From the IMG/VR virus record IMGVR_UViG_3300025035_001128: DNA of 46,544 bases. The stretch is one strand, 5' to 3'. The DNA is from a virus. Each line of letters opens with the position of its first letter. Within the stretch, counting starts at the first letter, position 1. A program made the translations under genes and the position numbers. The notes below the pieces were generated by a model that saw only the letters and a list, made by a program, of their open reading frames with translations, made no database searches and had not been told where the DNA came from. Shown in pieces: positions 1 to 10,204 of the stretch.

Positions 1-378
1 ATGAACCAAGAAGAATTTAAAAATTTATCTATTGAAGTTATTAATAGCAATACAAAAGCTTTTATAGAAATGATTGAACTAATTGATACCCCATTTCAAA
101 AAGAAATAATTGAATTCTCAAAAACAAATAAAAATGTTTTTGACTTTTTTGTTATGTTGGTTTTAACCTCTTATTCTTTAACCGCTTTTAATGGAACAAA
201 AACAGAAAGAAAAGACACAAGAACAAAGATTCAGGAATTAGTTGTTGCTCACCCTATATTAAAAGAATGTTTATCTTCTTATTTACAATTAGTGAAAGTT
301 ATAGACATCAATCCATCACTTTCACCTAAAGATGCAATAAAAAGCCAAAAAAATCTAGAAGAAATTCTTTTAAGTTAA
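1..378 (+). CDS. hypothetical protein (may be 5' truncated by window edge)
   Basis: 125-aa ORF followed by a hairpin at 390-417. Confidence 0.6.
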   Translation: MNQEEFKNLSIEVINSNTKAFIEMIELIDTPFQKEIIEFSKTNKNVFDFFVMLVLTSYSLTAFNGTKTERKDTRTKIQELVVAHPILKECLSSYLQLVKVIDINPSLSPKDAIKSQKNLEEILLS

Positions 379-389
379 CTTACAAATAA

Positions 390-417
390 ATAATCCTCAT
401 TAAAAAATGAGGATTAT
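390..417. terminator. bidirectional terminator-like hairpin
   Basis: ATAATCCTCAT-TAAAAA-ATGAGGATTAT between convergent genes. Confidence 0.7.
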
Positions 418-434
418 TATTAATATTCTATTTA

Positions 435-1367
435 TTATTTAGGTTTTGGTGAACTTTGTGAAGATATTGGAACTTGAATTGTTGCACTTACCTTACCTTG
501 TTCCATTGCTTTAGTTCTTTGAAACTCCATTACTTGATTAAAATTAATGTCATTATCTTTTGCAACCTTTTGATAACCTGCTATTTCTTTAGATAAAACT
601 TTGTTTCTTAAATCAAGAATTCTTTCAGTTGCATTAGATCTAGCTTCTTCAGCTTTAATTTCTTCAACTGCCTGAATCTTTTGTTCTATAGCTTCTGATA
701 ATTTAACATTAGCTATCTTTATATCTGTTACAGTAAATGTATCCTTACCATACAATTTATCTAATTGTGCTTGTAAGTCACCCTTTATTGTATCTTCTAC
801 TTCTTGTTGTTTATCTATTAATTCTTCTGATTTAAATTTTCTAACTGTTTGAGAAACTGATGATCTTGCTTCTTTAATTATATAAGATTGCCCCAACACA
901 AATACACCAATCTCTCTATTGTAGACAATATCTCCAGTTTTAATTAGAAAAGGTACTGCATTGTTTTTATTTACTTTAATTCCAACATTTAAATCCAAAT
1001 CTTTTAACATAACTCCATCTGAATCTTTAGGTGTTACATCTTCTATTTTTACTAACGACTCTTTCCCATAAATTTCAAAAATTTTATCAAACACATTCAG
1101 TTTTATACCATTATTTAAGGTTTCTGTATTATATGTTCCATCAAAATATTGTTCAACTCCAAAGTTTCCTTCTGAAATTGTTTGAGAGTTAAATACTGAC
1201 GTAACTGCACCTAAAGCTAGCACTACTGCCATTATGGTTGCTCCTGTCTTCATTGCCATTACCAATGATTCTTTTCTTTCGCTTTTCTTCCTCTCCAATT
1301 CAAATTTCTTATCTCTATTTTCTTTTTCTAGCCTGTTCTTTTCTATCTCTTGCTCGTAATATTCCAT
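435..1367 (-). CDS. SPFH/band-7/prohibitin (HflC-like) membrane protein
   Basis: N-terminal coiled coil, one TM helix, then SPFH-like text (ISEGNFGVEQYFDG, KDSDGVMLKDLDL, IANVKLSEAIEQKIQ); start moved to ATG 1367, which has an AAGGA RBS. Confidence 0.85.
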   Translation of the reverse strand: MEYYEQEIEKNRLEKENRDKKFELERKKSERKESLVMAMKTGATIMAVVLALGAVTSVFNSQTISEGNFGVEQYFDGTYNTETLNNGIKLNVFDKIFEIYGKESLVKIEDVTPKDSDGVMLKDLDLNVGIKVNKNNAVPFLIKTGDIVYNREIGVFVLGQSYIIKEARSSVSQTVRKFKSEELIDKQQEVEDTIKGDLQAQLDKLYGKDTFTVTDIKIANVKLSEAIEQKIQAVEEIKAEEARSNATERILDLRNKVLSKEIAGYQKVAKDNDINFNQVMEFQRTKAMEQGKVSATIQVPISSQSSPKPK

Positions 1368-1438
1368 ATATATTCCTTTAAAAAAATCTTTGTATTTATA
1401 TTTTACTAAAATTAAAGATAAAGTCAAAAATAACAAAT

Positions 1439-2236
1439 CTATTTCCAACCAATTTCTATATTATTAAAAACTAATTCAAACTCTTTATTTGGATTATCTG
1501 CAAACACAACGGCAAGAGTAAAACCAGTTAATTCATTATTTATTAAATCTTTTTCAGGATTAGATCTGTAATTATCTATTACTTCTTTCCCTCCACCAAC
1601 AAGTATATTTTTCATGTCTCTAATTTCATAATACCAAGAATTATTATTTCCTGAATATACTTCCACTTGATATTTCTGATTATCTCCTAATACTGAACCA
1701 CAGTTACTTCCACCCCATACATAGTTTCCTTTTGAATGCCATGTTTCTGGTGCTGAAGTTATTGCTCCTTTACATCCATCAAAACCATTTTGATTATTAA
1801 AGTCTAAATTTCCAACAATAAAACCACGTCCACGATTCCAATTAGCACCACCTTCATGCTTAATAGCTACAGCAAAATGAACTCCTGGATTTGTTGTGAA
1901 TAAACCTTTTGATTCAAAAGTAAATTTGGCATACTGAGTGTTTAATAATTTATCTTTTTTTAATATTCTAAAAATATCAAATATGAACTCCGAACTCGAC
2001 CCATTTGCAACAGAATGACTCGGTAGAATTTGCTCTCCCCAATCATAAGTTATTTTTGTTCTATTTCTCGTTATATTTGAATTTGCTTAAAAATATCTTG
2101 AAAAAACAACCTTCATTGGATTTTTATATTCCTCAAAAACTTGTGGTGTTGCCGCATTAGCATTAGAAATTCCACCACAACCAACCAATACTATTCCATT
2201 TACCAACAGAAGCAAATATATCAAAAAATAACGCAT
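1439..2236 (-). pseudogene. predicted lipoprotein interrupted by one in-frame TAA (2087-2089)
   Basis: ATG 2236 gives MRYFLIYLLLLVNGIVLVGC (lipobox LVGC); the same frame stays open to 1439 except for one TAA. Confidence 0.65.
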
Positions 2237-2392
2237 AAAATCCTTTATTTGTGTTTATCTTAAAGATTACACAAACAAAAACACTTATGTCAATATTTTT
2301 TAAACCTTAAAAAACATAAAGCCAAAATATTTGGGCTTTATAATCTTTTTCTTAATGCACCATTAACGATGCACTATCTATTTAATATGCGA

Positions 2393-3571
2393 CTAAAGAT
2401 GCAAAATAATCATTGAACCATACTTTTCAAATAACATAGATAATCCAAATAAACTTCCACCAAGTAATGCTGAACCCAAAATTACACTGCCCTTATAACC
2501 AACATAACTAACCCACTCTAAAACAAACAAAGTAAAAAAGATAAAAATAATACTTGCAATAACTTTAAAATCGTAAAAAAAGTAACCCAATGTTGCCAAA
2601 CAAGCTAGGAAAATAAAGATTAAAGTATAACCAATAGCTGAATCACTTCTATAAAATGGTGAAGAACCTGTTAATAAAGCAACACAAATAGCAATGGTGC
2701 AATAGTATTGAATACCATCATTAAAATATGATGTATATTCTGGCACCATTTGAAAAGCAAAAACATAACCAATTAGCACAAAAATATGACCAAATACAAC
2801 TGAAGAAAGCATTTCCTCTTTAAAATAAAGGGTAAGAACACCGGGCCGATAAGACAATCCAAAAGAAAACACACCAGAAATACATACTGCCGCAAAGAAA
2901 CCAAAAATAGATGATTGATATACCATAGCTAAAATTCCAAAATATAACATTCCCCCAAAGCTAATAACACAACCAATAGGAATCCCCCAATTAAAAATTC
3001 TTTTAATTAAAAGTTGCAATTTTGGATGAGAAGTAATAATCCAACCCAAAACCATAATATTTGCAAAAGAAGAAAATAAGGCAATATAAAATGATTGAGA
3101 TTCCCAAATTAATGTTGGGTAAATAATCCCCAACAAGCCACAGCTAATGAATGTTCCTTGGTAAATAATCACAGGAATGGCTACAATAAATTTCCAAAGA
3201 CCATAAATGATTTTTTTAATAACCCCACCAAATGCTAACAATAGGAAAATAACACCGACTACCTTCATGAAATTAATCCAAGAAAAGTATTGACTCCAAC
3301 TCACAGAACTTTTTTCTAATTCCTTAATTTGTTCTTTAGTTTTAGGCTTGGACGAATCAACTTTTGTCAGTAATGTATTTTTATCAATTTCAGTAATATA
3401 TTTTTGAGCAACCTCTCCAGCCATTTTTTGACTTAAATATCCATCTTTTTCCATGGATGAAATAAGACCTGTTTTAATATCTGCTGGTGTCAATAAAGAT
3501 GTATCCGCAGCAAAAACTGGTAACATGCAAAAAAATGACAATAGCCAAACTACAAAAATTTTATATTTCAA
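2393..3571 (-). CDS. multi-pass membrane protein, unknown function
   Basis: 392 aa, signal-like N-terminus and about 10 hydrophobic segments. Confidence 0.75.
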   Translation of the reverse strand: MKYKIFVVWLLSFFCMLPVFAADTSLLTPADIKTGLISSMEKDGYLSQKMAGEVAQKYITEIDKNTLLTKVDSSKPKTKEQIKELEKSSVSWSQYFSWINFMKVVGVIFLLLAFGGVIKKIIYGLWKFIVAIPVIIYQGTFISCGLLGIIYPTLIWESQSFYIALFSSFANIMVLGWIITSHPKLQLLIKRIFNWGIPIGCVISFGGMLYFGILAMVYQSSIFGFFAAVCISGVFSFGLSYRPGVLTLYFKEEMLSSVVFGHIFVLIGYVFAFQMVPEYTSYFNDGIQYYCTIAICVALLTGSSPFYRSDSAIGYTLIFIFLACLATLGYFFYDFKVIASIIFIFFTLFVLEWVSYVGYKGSVILGSALLGGSLFGLSMLFEKYGSMIILHL

Positions 3572-3721
3572 AATGTGCTCCGATTATTTAATAAGTTAAC
3601 ATTATACATTGAATTTAGTTACTTTAAATTTGATTTAATCAAGGTTTATGTTTTAATTTTTAATCAACTTTGCTATAATCTTATTATAAATTAATTAAAA
3701 GATAGATACCTAAGGATACAT

Positions 3722-4060
3722 ATGAAAATTAAATGGCTTGTTCAAAATGTTGGATTTTCTACAACCAATTTAGACTTAACAGAAGACACTCTTAAACGAA
3801 TGGAATTGCCATATGAATTGTTTGGAATTTCTCGTTTATTAAATTTTGTTATAAATTTAGAAAATATTCTAATCAATCCAGAGGAACAATTTATTATTCG
3901 TGGTGGAACATCTTTATTATCTTTATTAAATAAAGTAGAAAACTTGAAAGAAGTTAATCCAAATTTGTCTGAAGAACAGCTACAACTTTCTGACATCTAT
4001 ATCAAAAATTACTCCGAATGGCATAATTTCTTTCTTTTTCACCAAATCAAAAACAATTAA
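3722..4060 (+). CDS. hypothetical, possibly a truncated N-terminus of an ATP-grasp-type phage protein
   Basis: TGCTATAAT promoter and AAGGA RBS; KWLVQN start resembles phage ATP-grasp proteins; overlaps the 3' end of the convergent ORF. Confidence 0.4.
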   Translation: MKIKWLVQNVGFSTTNLDLTEDTLKRMELPYELFGISRLLNFVINLENILINPEEQFIIRGGTSLLSLLNKVENLKEVNPNLSEEQLQLSDIYIKNYSEWHNFFLFHQIKNN

Positions 4061-4291
4061 TTGAGGCTCCATTGCTTTCGTTATATGAATAATTTTTGTT
4101 GCTACACCAACAGTAATATTTTCAATTTCATTTGAAACACAAATAACCAATGTATTTAGTTTTAATTGCAGTTCAATTTCTTTACATTCTTTTTTCCTTA
4201 AATCTTCCTGCCTTTTACTTTCAGCCCATTCAACATAGACCTCAGCTTTAGCTTCATCTATTTTCTTTTTACAATTAAAAATTCCAAACAT
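3980..4291 (-). CDS. hypothetical protein
   Basis: 103-aa ORF with upstream AAAGG. Confidence 0.55.
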   Translation of the reverse strand: MFGIFNCKKKIDEAKAEVYVEWAESKRQEDLRKKECKEIELQLKLNTLVICVSNEIENITVGVATKIIHITKAMEPQLIVFDLVKKKEIMPFGVIFDIDVRKL

Positions 4292-4427
4292 TTTTTACCT
4301 TTAAAGATGTTGTTTCCACAGTTAGAGCATAACACTTTTAGACCAATATCTTTTGTTTTAACAAAATAATTATTTATTTCTATATCGTTATTTTTGTTTC
4401 CATATTATAATTAACCATCAATAATTA

Positions 4428-5312
4428 ATGAGATATAAAATGAACTTTTTAATTGGCTTTGAATTTGAATTTGGTTGGCTACCAAATATTTTACTTGATG
4501 GTGCAATTGAATCAAAAAAGGTTACAAAAGGTGCCTATTTTGATACTTATGTATATAAAGATGTTAGAAAAAGCTTAAAAAACTTTCTTGGCTCTGAATT
4601 TAAGAATATTAGAGAAATAACTGAAGACCCTAGCCTTTCTTTTGCCAATCATTATGATGATGCACATTTTGGTGTTGAAGTTATTTCTAAACCTATGGAA
4701 GATTCATTAGCTATTAATTTTTGTAAATTAATTTTAAAATGGATGAAACAACACCCACAAATTATAACCAATTTAACATGTAGTCTTCATGTTAATATTA
4801 GTTCTTCTGATAAAGAAACCAATAAAAAATTAGATTATTTTTCCATTTTATCTAATACCCCTCAAGAGGAAATTCTAGAAAGATTTAAACGAACATCAAA
4901 TAAGTATTGCCAATCAACCAATACTAAAAAATTTGGTATTGCAATTGATTCAAGGATTACGAAACAAAGGACTATTAATTTTTGGCTAAAAAGAACACAT
5001 CAAAAATCAATTTCTGTTATTACAAACAATTCAAGTATTTTAAATCGGTTTTCTAGTAAAGATTTACTACCTAAGGTAGAAACCCTATATTTTAACAATC
5101 CTGAAAACGCCAAAGAACTTATTAAAGGGTTTTTTATTGATCATCTTTCTATTTCAAAAAAAGACATCTCTATTGTTGAAAAACTTAGTCCAACAAATAA
5201 AAGATATTTTGAATTTAGAATGATAGGAAACACTGATTATCATCTTCGTATACCTGAAATAATGTCTACAATTAAAAAATACAAAAAAGCATTAAAAAAC
5301 AGTATCAAATAA
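4428..5312 (+). CDS. putative amidoligase (COOH-NH2 ligase-type)
   Basis: motifs GFEFEF, EDPSL, GVEVISKP, CSLHVNIS, YFEFR. Confidence 0.65.
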   Translation: MRYKMNFLIGFEFEFGWLPNILLDGAIESKKVTKGAYFDTYVYKDVRKSLKNFLGSEFKNIREITEDPSLSFANHYDDAHFGVEVISKPMEDSLAINFCKLILKWMKQHPQIITNLTCSLHVNISSSDKETNKKLDYFSILSNTPQEEILERFKRTSNKYCQSTNTKKFGIAIDSRITKQRTINFWLKRTHQKSISVITNNSSILNRFSSKDLLPKVETLYFNNPENAKELIKGFFIDHLSISKKDISIVEKLSPTNKRYFEFRMIGNTDYHLRIPEIMSTIKKYKKALKNSIK

Positions 5313-5318
5313 TAACCA

Positions 5319-5348
5319 TTGATTTTATTATTTCCTTAATGTTATAAT
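5319..5348 (+). promoter_or_regulatory. sigma70-like promoter
   Basis: TTGATT-18 nt-TATAAT with extended TG. Confidence 0.65.
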
Positions 5349-5354
5349 CAAAAT

Positions 5355-5623
5355 GTAAAAAGTGTAGGATGGATGGAAACATAATCAATTTCCACAAAGA
5401 TTAACTGTGTGATTTATTACACAACTCTCGTATTGGTGCGGCTGAAGATAAAAAGCTTAATCCATAAAGTCTGGGTAACCACAGCCTAGCAACTAAGATG
5501 ATTCGATTGTGAGTGAAAAACGGATCATGCTGCCTATTTATTTAGGTTTTGCGGTTAGCAATGGTAACAGAGACTCATATAACATATTTAGTTATGTTCA
5601 AAAAGGTGTTTCGGCACTTTTTT
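5355..5623 (+). ncRNA. candidate structured non-coding RNA, family unrecognised
   Basis: promoter upstream, terminator 5600-5623, locally higher GC, several stems and a potential pseudoknot, no RBS-led ORF. Confidence 0.6.
5600..5623 (+). terminator. intrinsic terminator
   Basis: AAAAGGTG-TTTCGG-CACTTTTTT. Confidence 0.75.
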
Positions 5624-5710
5624 GTTTATTAAAATCAAAAACTAAAATTTTTTTGCTATATTTAAAATTTTTTATATAATAATAAATTAAATATTAAACA
5701 ACCATAATAT

Positions 5711-5935
5711 ATGAATACAGACGAATTAACCTTATTTATTGACCTTACTCAAGCACAACAACAAACGATTAGTGTTTGGACTATGGATATTAATACACAT
5801 GTTATTGTTTATCCTAAAAAGCTATTTTGGGTTTTTTATAAAAATATTCCAATTATTGACGAGAATAGAAACATTTTAATATTTACTAAATTTAGTGATG
5901 CTTTAAATAAAATAAAAGAATTAAAAAACCAATAA
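5711..5935 (+). CDS. hypothetical protein
   Basis: 74-aa ORF with upstream TATAAT. Confidence 0.55.
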   Translation: MNTDELTLFIDLTQAQQQTISVWTMDINTHVIVYPKKLFWVFYKNIPIIDENRNILIFTKFSDALNKIKELKNQ

Positions 5936-5937
5936 CA

Positions 5938-6699
5938 TTATTTTCTTAAGCAAGTAATTTGTAAATCTTCTTTCATTTCATCCCAAGAACTATCAAAACT
6001 TATTGCCATAAAACTACATTCATATTTAGATAATTTTGATTTTTTAAATTTGTCGGGGTCATTGAATATATATGGTATAAATTTACTATGAGCTAAAACA
6101 TAAGAGTTTTTATCTTTAATAACAAAATCCATATACTTTAATGTTGATAGTATTTTTTCATCTAATTCTGCTTCGTTTGATTCAACAATATTAATTAGTT
6201 CCATTGCTTTTGGATTCTCTTTCTTTTTCATTGATTTTATTTCAACATCTAACATTGCTTTCTTTTCTTTATAATGCTCTTTAAACTTATTTATTGAACT
6301 TTTAATAATTTCTGTTTTTGAATCATCTGTTGTATCCATCAAGTAATTTTTTAATGCTGTTGTTAATGTTAAAATTGTTAGCCTTGTTTTAGCTTCATTT
6401 ATATCACTTGGCAATGTAACAATATTAGAATCGTTAATCATTGCTTCATTATATTTTACAAAGGCTACATCATCATGATTTTGGTCTAAACATTTTTTAT
6501 ATAAAAGACCACGCGTTGGACCTTCTTTCCATAAAAATTTTGTTATTAAATTTGGTTTAAATTCAGAGCAATCAAATTTAACCTCTTCCAATACAATATC
6601 TAATATTGGACGTGAAATGTCTACAATATCTCTTTCAGCATATGCATAAGTTTGATTTATTGCTATAAGTATCAAAACTATTAAATTTAATTTTTTCAT
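5938..6699 (-). CDS. hypothetical exported protein
   Basis: 253 aa, signal peptide MKKLNLIVLILIAINQTYAYA. Confidence 0.7.
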   Translation of the reverse strand: MKKLNLIVLILIAINQTYAYAERDIVDISRPILDIVLEEVKFDCSEFKPNLITKFLWKEGPTRGLLYKKCLDQNHDDVAFVKYNEAMINDSNIVTLPSDINEAKTRLTILTLTTALKNYLMDTTDDSKTEIIKSSINKFKEHYKEKKAMLDVEIKSMKKKENPKAMELINIVESNEAELDEKILSTLKYMDFVIKDKNSYVLAHSKFIPYIFNDPDKFKKSKLSKYECSFMAISFDSSWDEMKEDLQITCLRK

Positions 6700-7080
6700 T
6701 TTTGTTAGTAACTGTGCTATTTTTAATATTTAATATACTTATGTGAATCTTATTTTTTGAATATAATCATTCATATACAATAAAAATTTATTATTATTAT
6801 TACCCTGAAATCTATTTCAAATTTATTATTTTGTCAATTCAAATAGTAATAAATATTTCACTTTTACAAGTAACTAACTAATATTTTTAGGTTAATAAAA
6901 CAACCCATATATTTTAATCAATCAATTCATCCTCATTATTTCCTTTATAAAATAACTCTTTTAATTCCTCAATTAATTTATCACCTTTAAAGTAAACAAA
7001 ACCATTTTCATATTGTGCCAAATAGGTATATGGAAGCTTACGATTTTGCATCAAACCATATTTCAACAATAAACCTTGTA

Positions 7081-7337
7081 CAATAGGTTGTTTGTAGGTG
7101 AGTTGAAATGGAATGAAGTTTCTTCAGCTTTAGGAAAGAATAGAAATCATTGGTATAAAAACATAATGAATTATATTCAACCTACGGTAGTTAAACCTCA
7201 ATCTACTCAAGAGATTAATCCTTTTGAGTAGAACCAAAGCTAGCATAAGCTATCTTTGGAAGTGTAGGTTTATCAGCTTGGTTTAACAACCCCTACCAAG
7301 CGACTTGTTTTTCAACAAGGTTTCAGATGGGCTTGCT
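7081..7337 (+). mobile_element. 257-bp 3' remnant of a TnpB element (tnpB C-terminus plus right end/omegaRNA scaffold)
   Basis: near-identical to the reverse complement of 18452-18708; ends in GGGCTTGCT. Confidence 0.75.
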
Positions 7338-7443
7338 TAAAAGATGGCTAATAATTTTTAATTAATATTTAATTTGAACTTGTAATATTGTGAATTTTTG
7401 CTATTATATAAATAAATTAAAATTAAAATATGAGGAAGAAAAT

Positions 7444-7620
7444 ATGTCAAGTTCACCTAAAACATTAAAAGAAAGATTGGATTGTCTGGAGCAAAATGAT
7501 TTAATTTTCAAAAAAGGAAAACAGGCAGTTATGGAGACAATTCAGGAAATAAGATTAAAAATAAAGTTAAGCCAGACCCCAAAAAATTTGGACATAAAAA
7601 AACCACAAACTTTAATTTAA
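7444..7620 (+). CDS. small hypothetical protein
   Basis: GAGG RBS before ATG 7444. Confidence 0.5.
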   Translation: MSSSPKTLKERLDCLEQNDLIFKKGKQAVMETIQEIRLKIKLSQTPKNLDIKKPQTLI

Positions 7621-7636
7621 ATTTTGACTTGAACAA

Positions 7637-8279
7637 TTAAAGATTTTCTCTCCAAAATGATATCGCTCCAATTCTTTTATCTGTGTCTGACATTCTTGAA
7701 TGTAAAGCGAGGTATCTATATTTTTTAGTTTTTAGAATAATTAGAGTAACTATTTTTCTTAATTTGAATAGGAAGAACTTCTTCTTCATTTACGATAACA
7801 AAATCAATTCCAACAGCATCTAATTCTGCACTAGCTAAAACCTTCCAATTAAGTGATTCCTTTTCAATTCCTTGAACAGTTGCATAAACACATTGGGCTT
7901 CAGTTACAATTGAACACCATTTTTTATAGATTCTAGCTTTAATATGATTCCAAAATGCATGAGATTTATTGTTTCTCATTTTATTAATTGTTTTCTGACC
8001 CTCAGGGTCTTCACCAGGAAATAAATATTTTGACATTTGAGTAGCTAACTTCATTCCATGATTTTTCCTAAACCAAACCCAAAAGTCATGAAAACATGGA
8101 ATTTCTAAAGAATTTGATGGACTTAGCTTATACAATAAACTCATTTTAATATCTTCTTCAAGATTTGGAACCTCAAATCCACGATACATTGTAGTAAAAC
8201 CCATGTAATCTTGAAATGGATGAGCTAACAACATGGTTGAAAAATGCTTGATTTTGGATGGAATATTTTGGATTTGCAT
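7637..8279 (-). pseudogene. PD-(D/E)xK-like nuclease with an apparent frameshift near 7725
   Basis: ELDAVGIDFVIV...PIQIKK resembles the D...QxK nuclease motif; reading continues in another frame (KKYRYLALHSRM...) to 7637. Confidence 0.45.
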
Positions 8280-8439
8280 GATTTGACTCTATTGATTAAC
8301 TATTCAATGATTATATCACAAAAATCAGTGTCAATCCTTATCTTCACTAAGAAAATAATTTTTTTCATCTTATTTATTTTATTGCTTTTAAAAATTTTAT
8401 AGTTTATACTTCTTCTACTTCTGATACTTAAAATTATAT

Positions 8440-10203
8440 ATGACAACTAAAAATTTACAAAGTAACAAATTATCTTCTCAATTAGCTTCTATGTTTTTTG
8501 AAACATCTACAGAAGCTATTCTTATTTGTGATTCAAATAATATTATTATTAAAGTTAATAATGCTTTTGAAAAAACAACAGGATACTCTGAAGAAGAAGT
8601 GATAGGTAAATCACCAAATTTTTTAAAGTCTGGAAGACATGATCAAAGTTTTTATGAAAATATTTCTTTCTCTCTTATAAATAATGATTTTTGGTGTGGA
8701 GAAATTTGGGATAAAAGAAAAGATGGGACAATTTATCCAAAATCAATTGTTATGAATGTTATTAGAGATAACGATAAAAATATATTATATTATACTTCTT
8801 TATTTACCGACATTTCTCAAAGTAAGAAAAAGAACCAACATTTAAACATGTTATTAAAACGTGACTATTTGACTGGTCTTGACAACAGATTATCTCTAAA
8901 TTCTCTCCTTAATGAAGATATTGAATACAATGAACCTTTTGCTGTCTTATTTATGGACATAGATAATTTTAAATACATTAATGACACTCTTGGACACTCT
9001 ATTGGAGATAAACTCCTTATTTCTGTAGCCAATAGATTAAAATCATTACTTCGTGCCCAGGATACTATTGCCAGGTTAGGTGGCGATGAATTTGTTGTTG
9101 TATTAAGAAATTTTATCAATAAAAACAATATTGTTCTTGTTGCTAATAAAATTTTAGATTCTTTGCAGGAAGAATTTAAAATTTATAACAACAAACATAT
9201 TAAAGATGAGTTTTATCTAACTCTTTCTATTGGCATCTCTCTTTACGAAAAAGATGCAAAAACTGTGGATGATTTACTTAAATATGCTGACCTAGCTATG
9301 TATAATGTTAAATCTAAAGGAAAAAATGGATTTTTCTTTTTTAATGAAACTCTACTTGCTCATAATGAAGAAAAATATAATTTATTTTCATATGAACACG
9401 AGGTAAGATGTATTCTTAAAGATAAATCTATTTTCCTTAAAAATATAGATAAAACTTATTGTAATAGTGGACAAATTGTCCCATATTTTCAACCAATATT
9501 TAAAGTTGATAAAACCACTCAAGAAATAGTTAGTTATGAAGTCTTAGCTAGATGGATTCACCCAACAAAAGGATTAATTTCACCAGCTAAATTTATCCCA
9601 ATTGTTGAAGAATTTGAATTGATGACATCATTGTTTTTTCATATATTCCATCAAAGTCTTAAGTTTTTATCTAAAACAAAGAAAAAACTTTATTTTAATG
9701 TTTCACCAAAACAACTTAATGATCTTATTTTTTTTAATACTTTAATTAACAAAATTGATTATATTAAAAGCCATCCAGAAGAATATGGATTTAGTAAAGA
9801 CTTCAACATAATAGAATATATTGGGTTTGAATTTACTGAAGATTCATTTATGTATAATAATAGCTTTATTATTGATAAATTAAATCAAATTAGTCAACTT
9901 GGTATTGAGCTTGTTATTGATGATTTTGGAACAGGATATTCATCCTTTTCATATCTTAGCCAAATGCCAATAAGTAAAATAAAAATTGATGGTTCTTTTA
10001 TTAGAGAAATAAATAAAAATGTAAAAACCAATCAAATTATTTCTTTTTTAATTATTTTAGGTAAAAATCTTGGCATGAGTATTGTTTCTGAATGTGTTGA
10101 GAATCAAGAACAATTAGATTGGCTTATAGAACATGGTGGAATACTAATTCAAGGATTTCTACTTGGTAAACCTCTTCCTGCTGAAGAAATTATTATTAAT
10201 TGA
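8440..10203 (+). CDS. PAS-GGDEF-EAL diguanylate cyclase/phosphodiesterase
   Basis: PAS (TGYSEEEVIGKSP, WCGEIWDKRKDG), DIDNFKYINDTLGHSIGD, RLGGDEF, EVLARW, DDFGTGYSS. Confidence 0.95.
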   Translation: MTTKNLQSNKLSSQLASMFFETSTEAILICDSNNIIIKVNNAFEKTTGYSEEEVIGKSPNFLKSGRHDQSFYENISFSLINNDFWCGEIWDKRKDGTIYPKSIVMNVIRDNDKNILYYTSLFTDISQSKKKNQHLNMLLKRDYLTGLDNRLSLNSLLNEDIEYNEPFAVLFMDIDNFKYINDTLGHSIGDKLLISVANRLKSLLRAQDTIARLGGDEFVVVLRNFINKNNIVLVANKILDSLQEEFKIYNNKHIKDEFYLTLSIGISLYEKDAKTVDDLLKYADLAMYNVKSKGKNGFFFFNETLLAHNEEKYNLFSYEHEVRCILKDKSIFLKNIDKTYCNSGQIVPYFQPIFKVDKTTQEIVSYEVLARWIHPTKGLISPAKFIPIVEEFELMTSLFFHIFHQSLKFLSKTKKKLYFNVSPKQLNDLIFFNTLINKIDYIKSHPEEYGFSKDFNIIEYIGFEFTEDSFMYNNSFIIDKLNQISQLGIELVIDDFGTGYSSFSYLSQMPISKIKIDGSFIREINKNVKTNQIISFLIILGKNLGMSIVSECVENQEQLDWLIEHGGILIQGFLLGKPLPAEEIIIN

Positions 10204-10204
10204 A

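Noticed and set aside
5355-5600. RNase P RNA, tmRNA or group I intron (AAAGTCTGGG and CAGAGACTC look-alikes)
   Set aside because: The other required conserved elements (P4 partner strand, tRNA-like ends with CCA, P7 partner and splice context) are not found
5528-5707. 59-codon ORF starting inside the candidate ncRNA
   Set aside because: No RBS, runs through the terminator, and has low-complexity AT-driven composition
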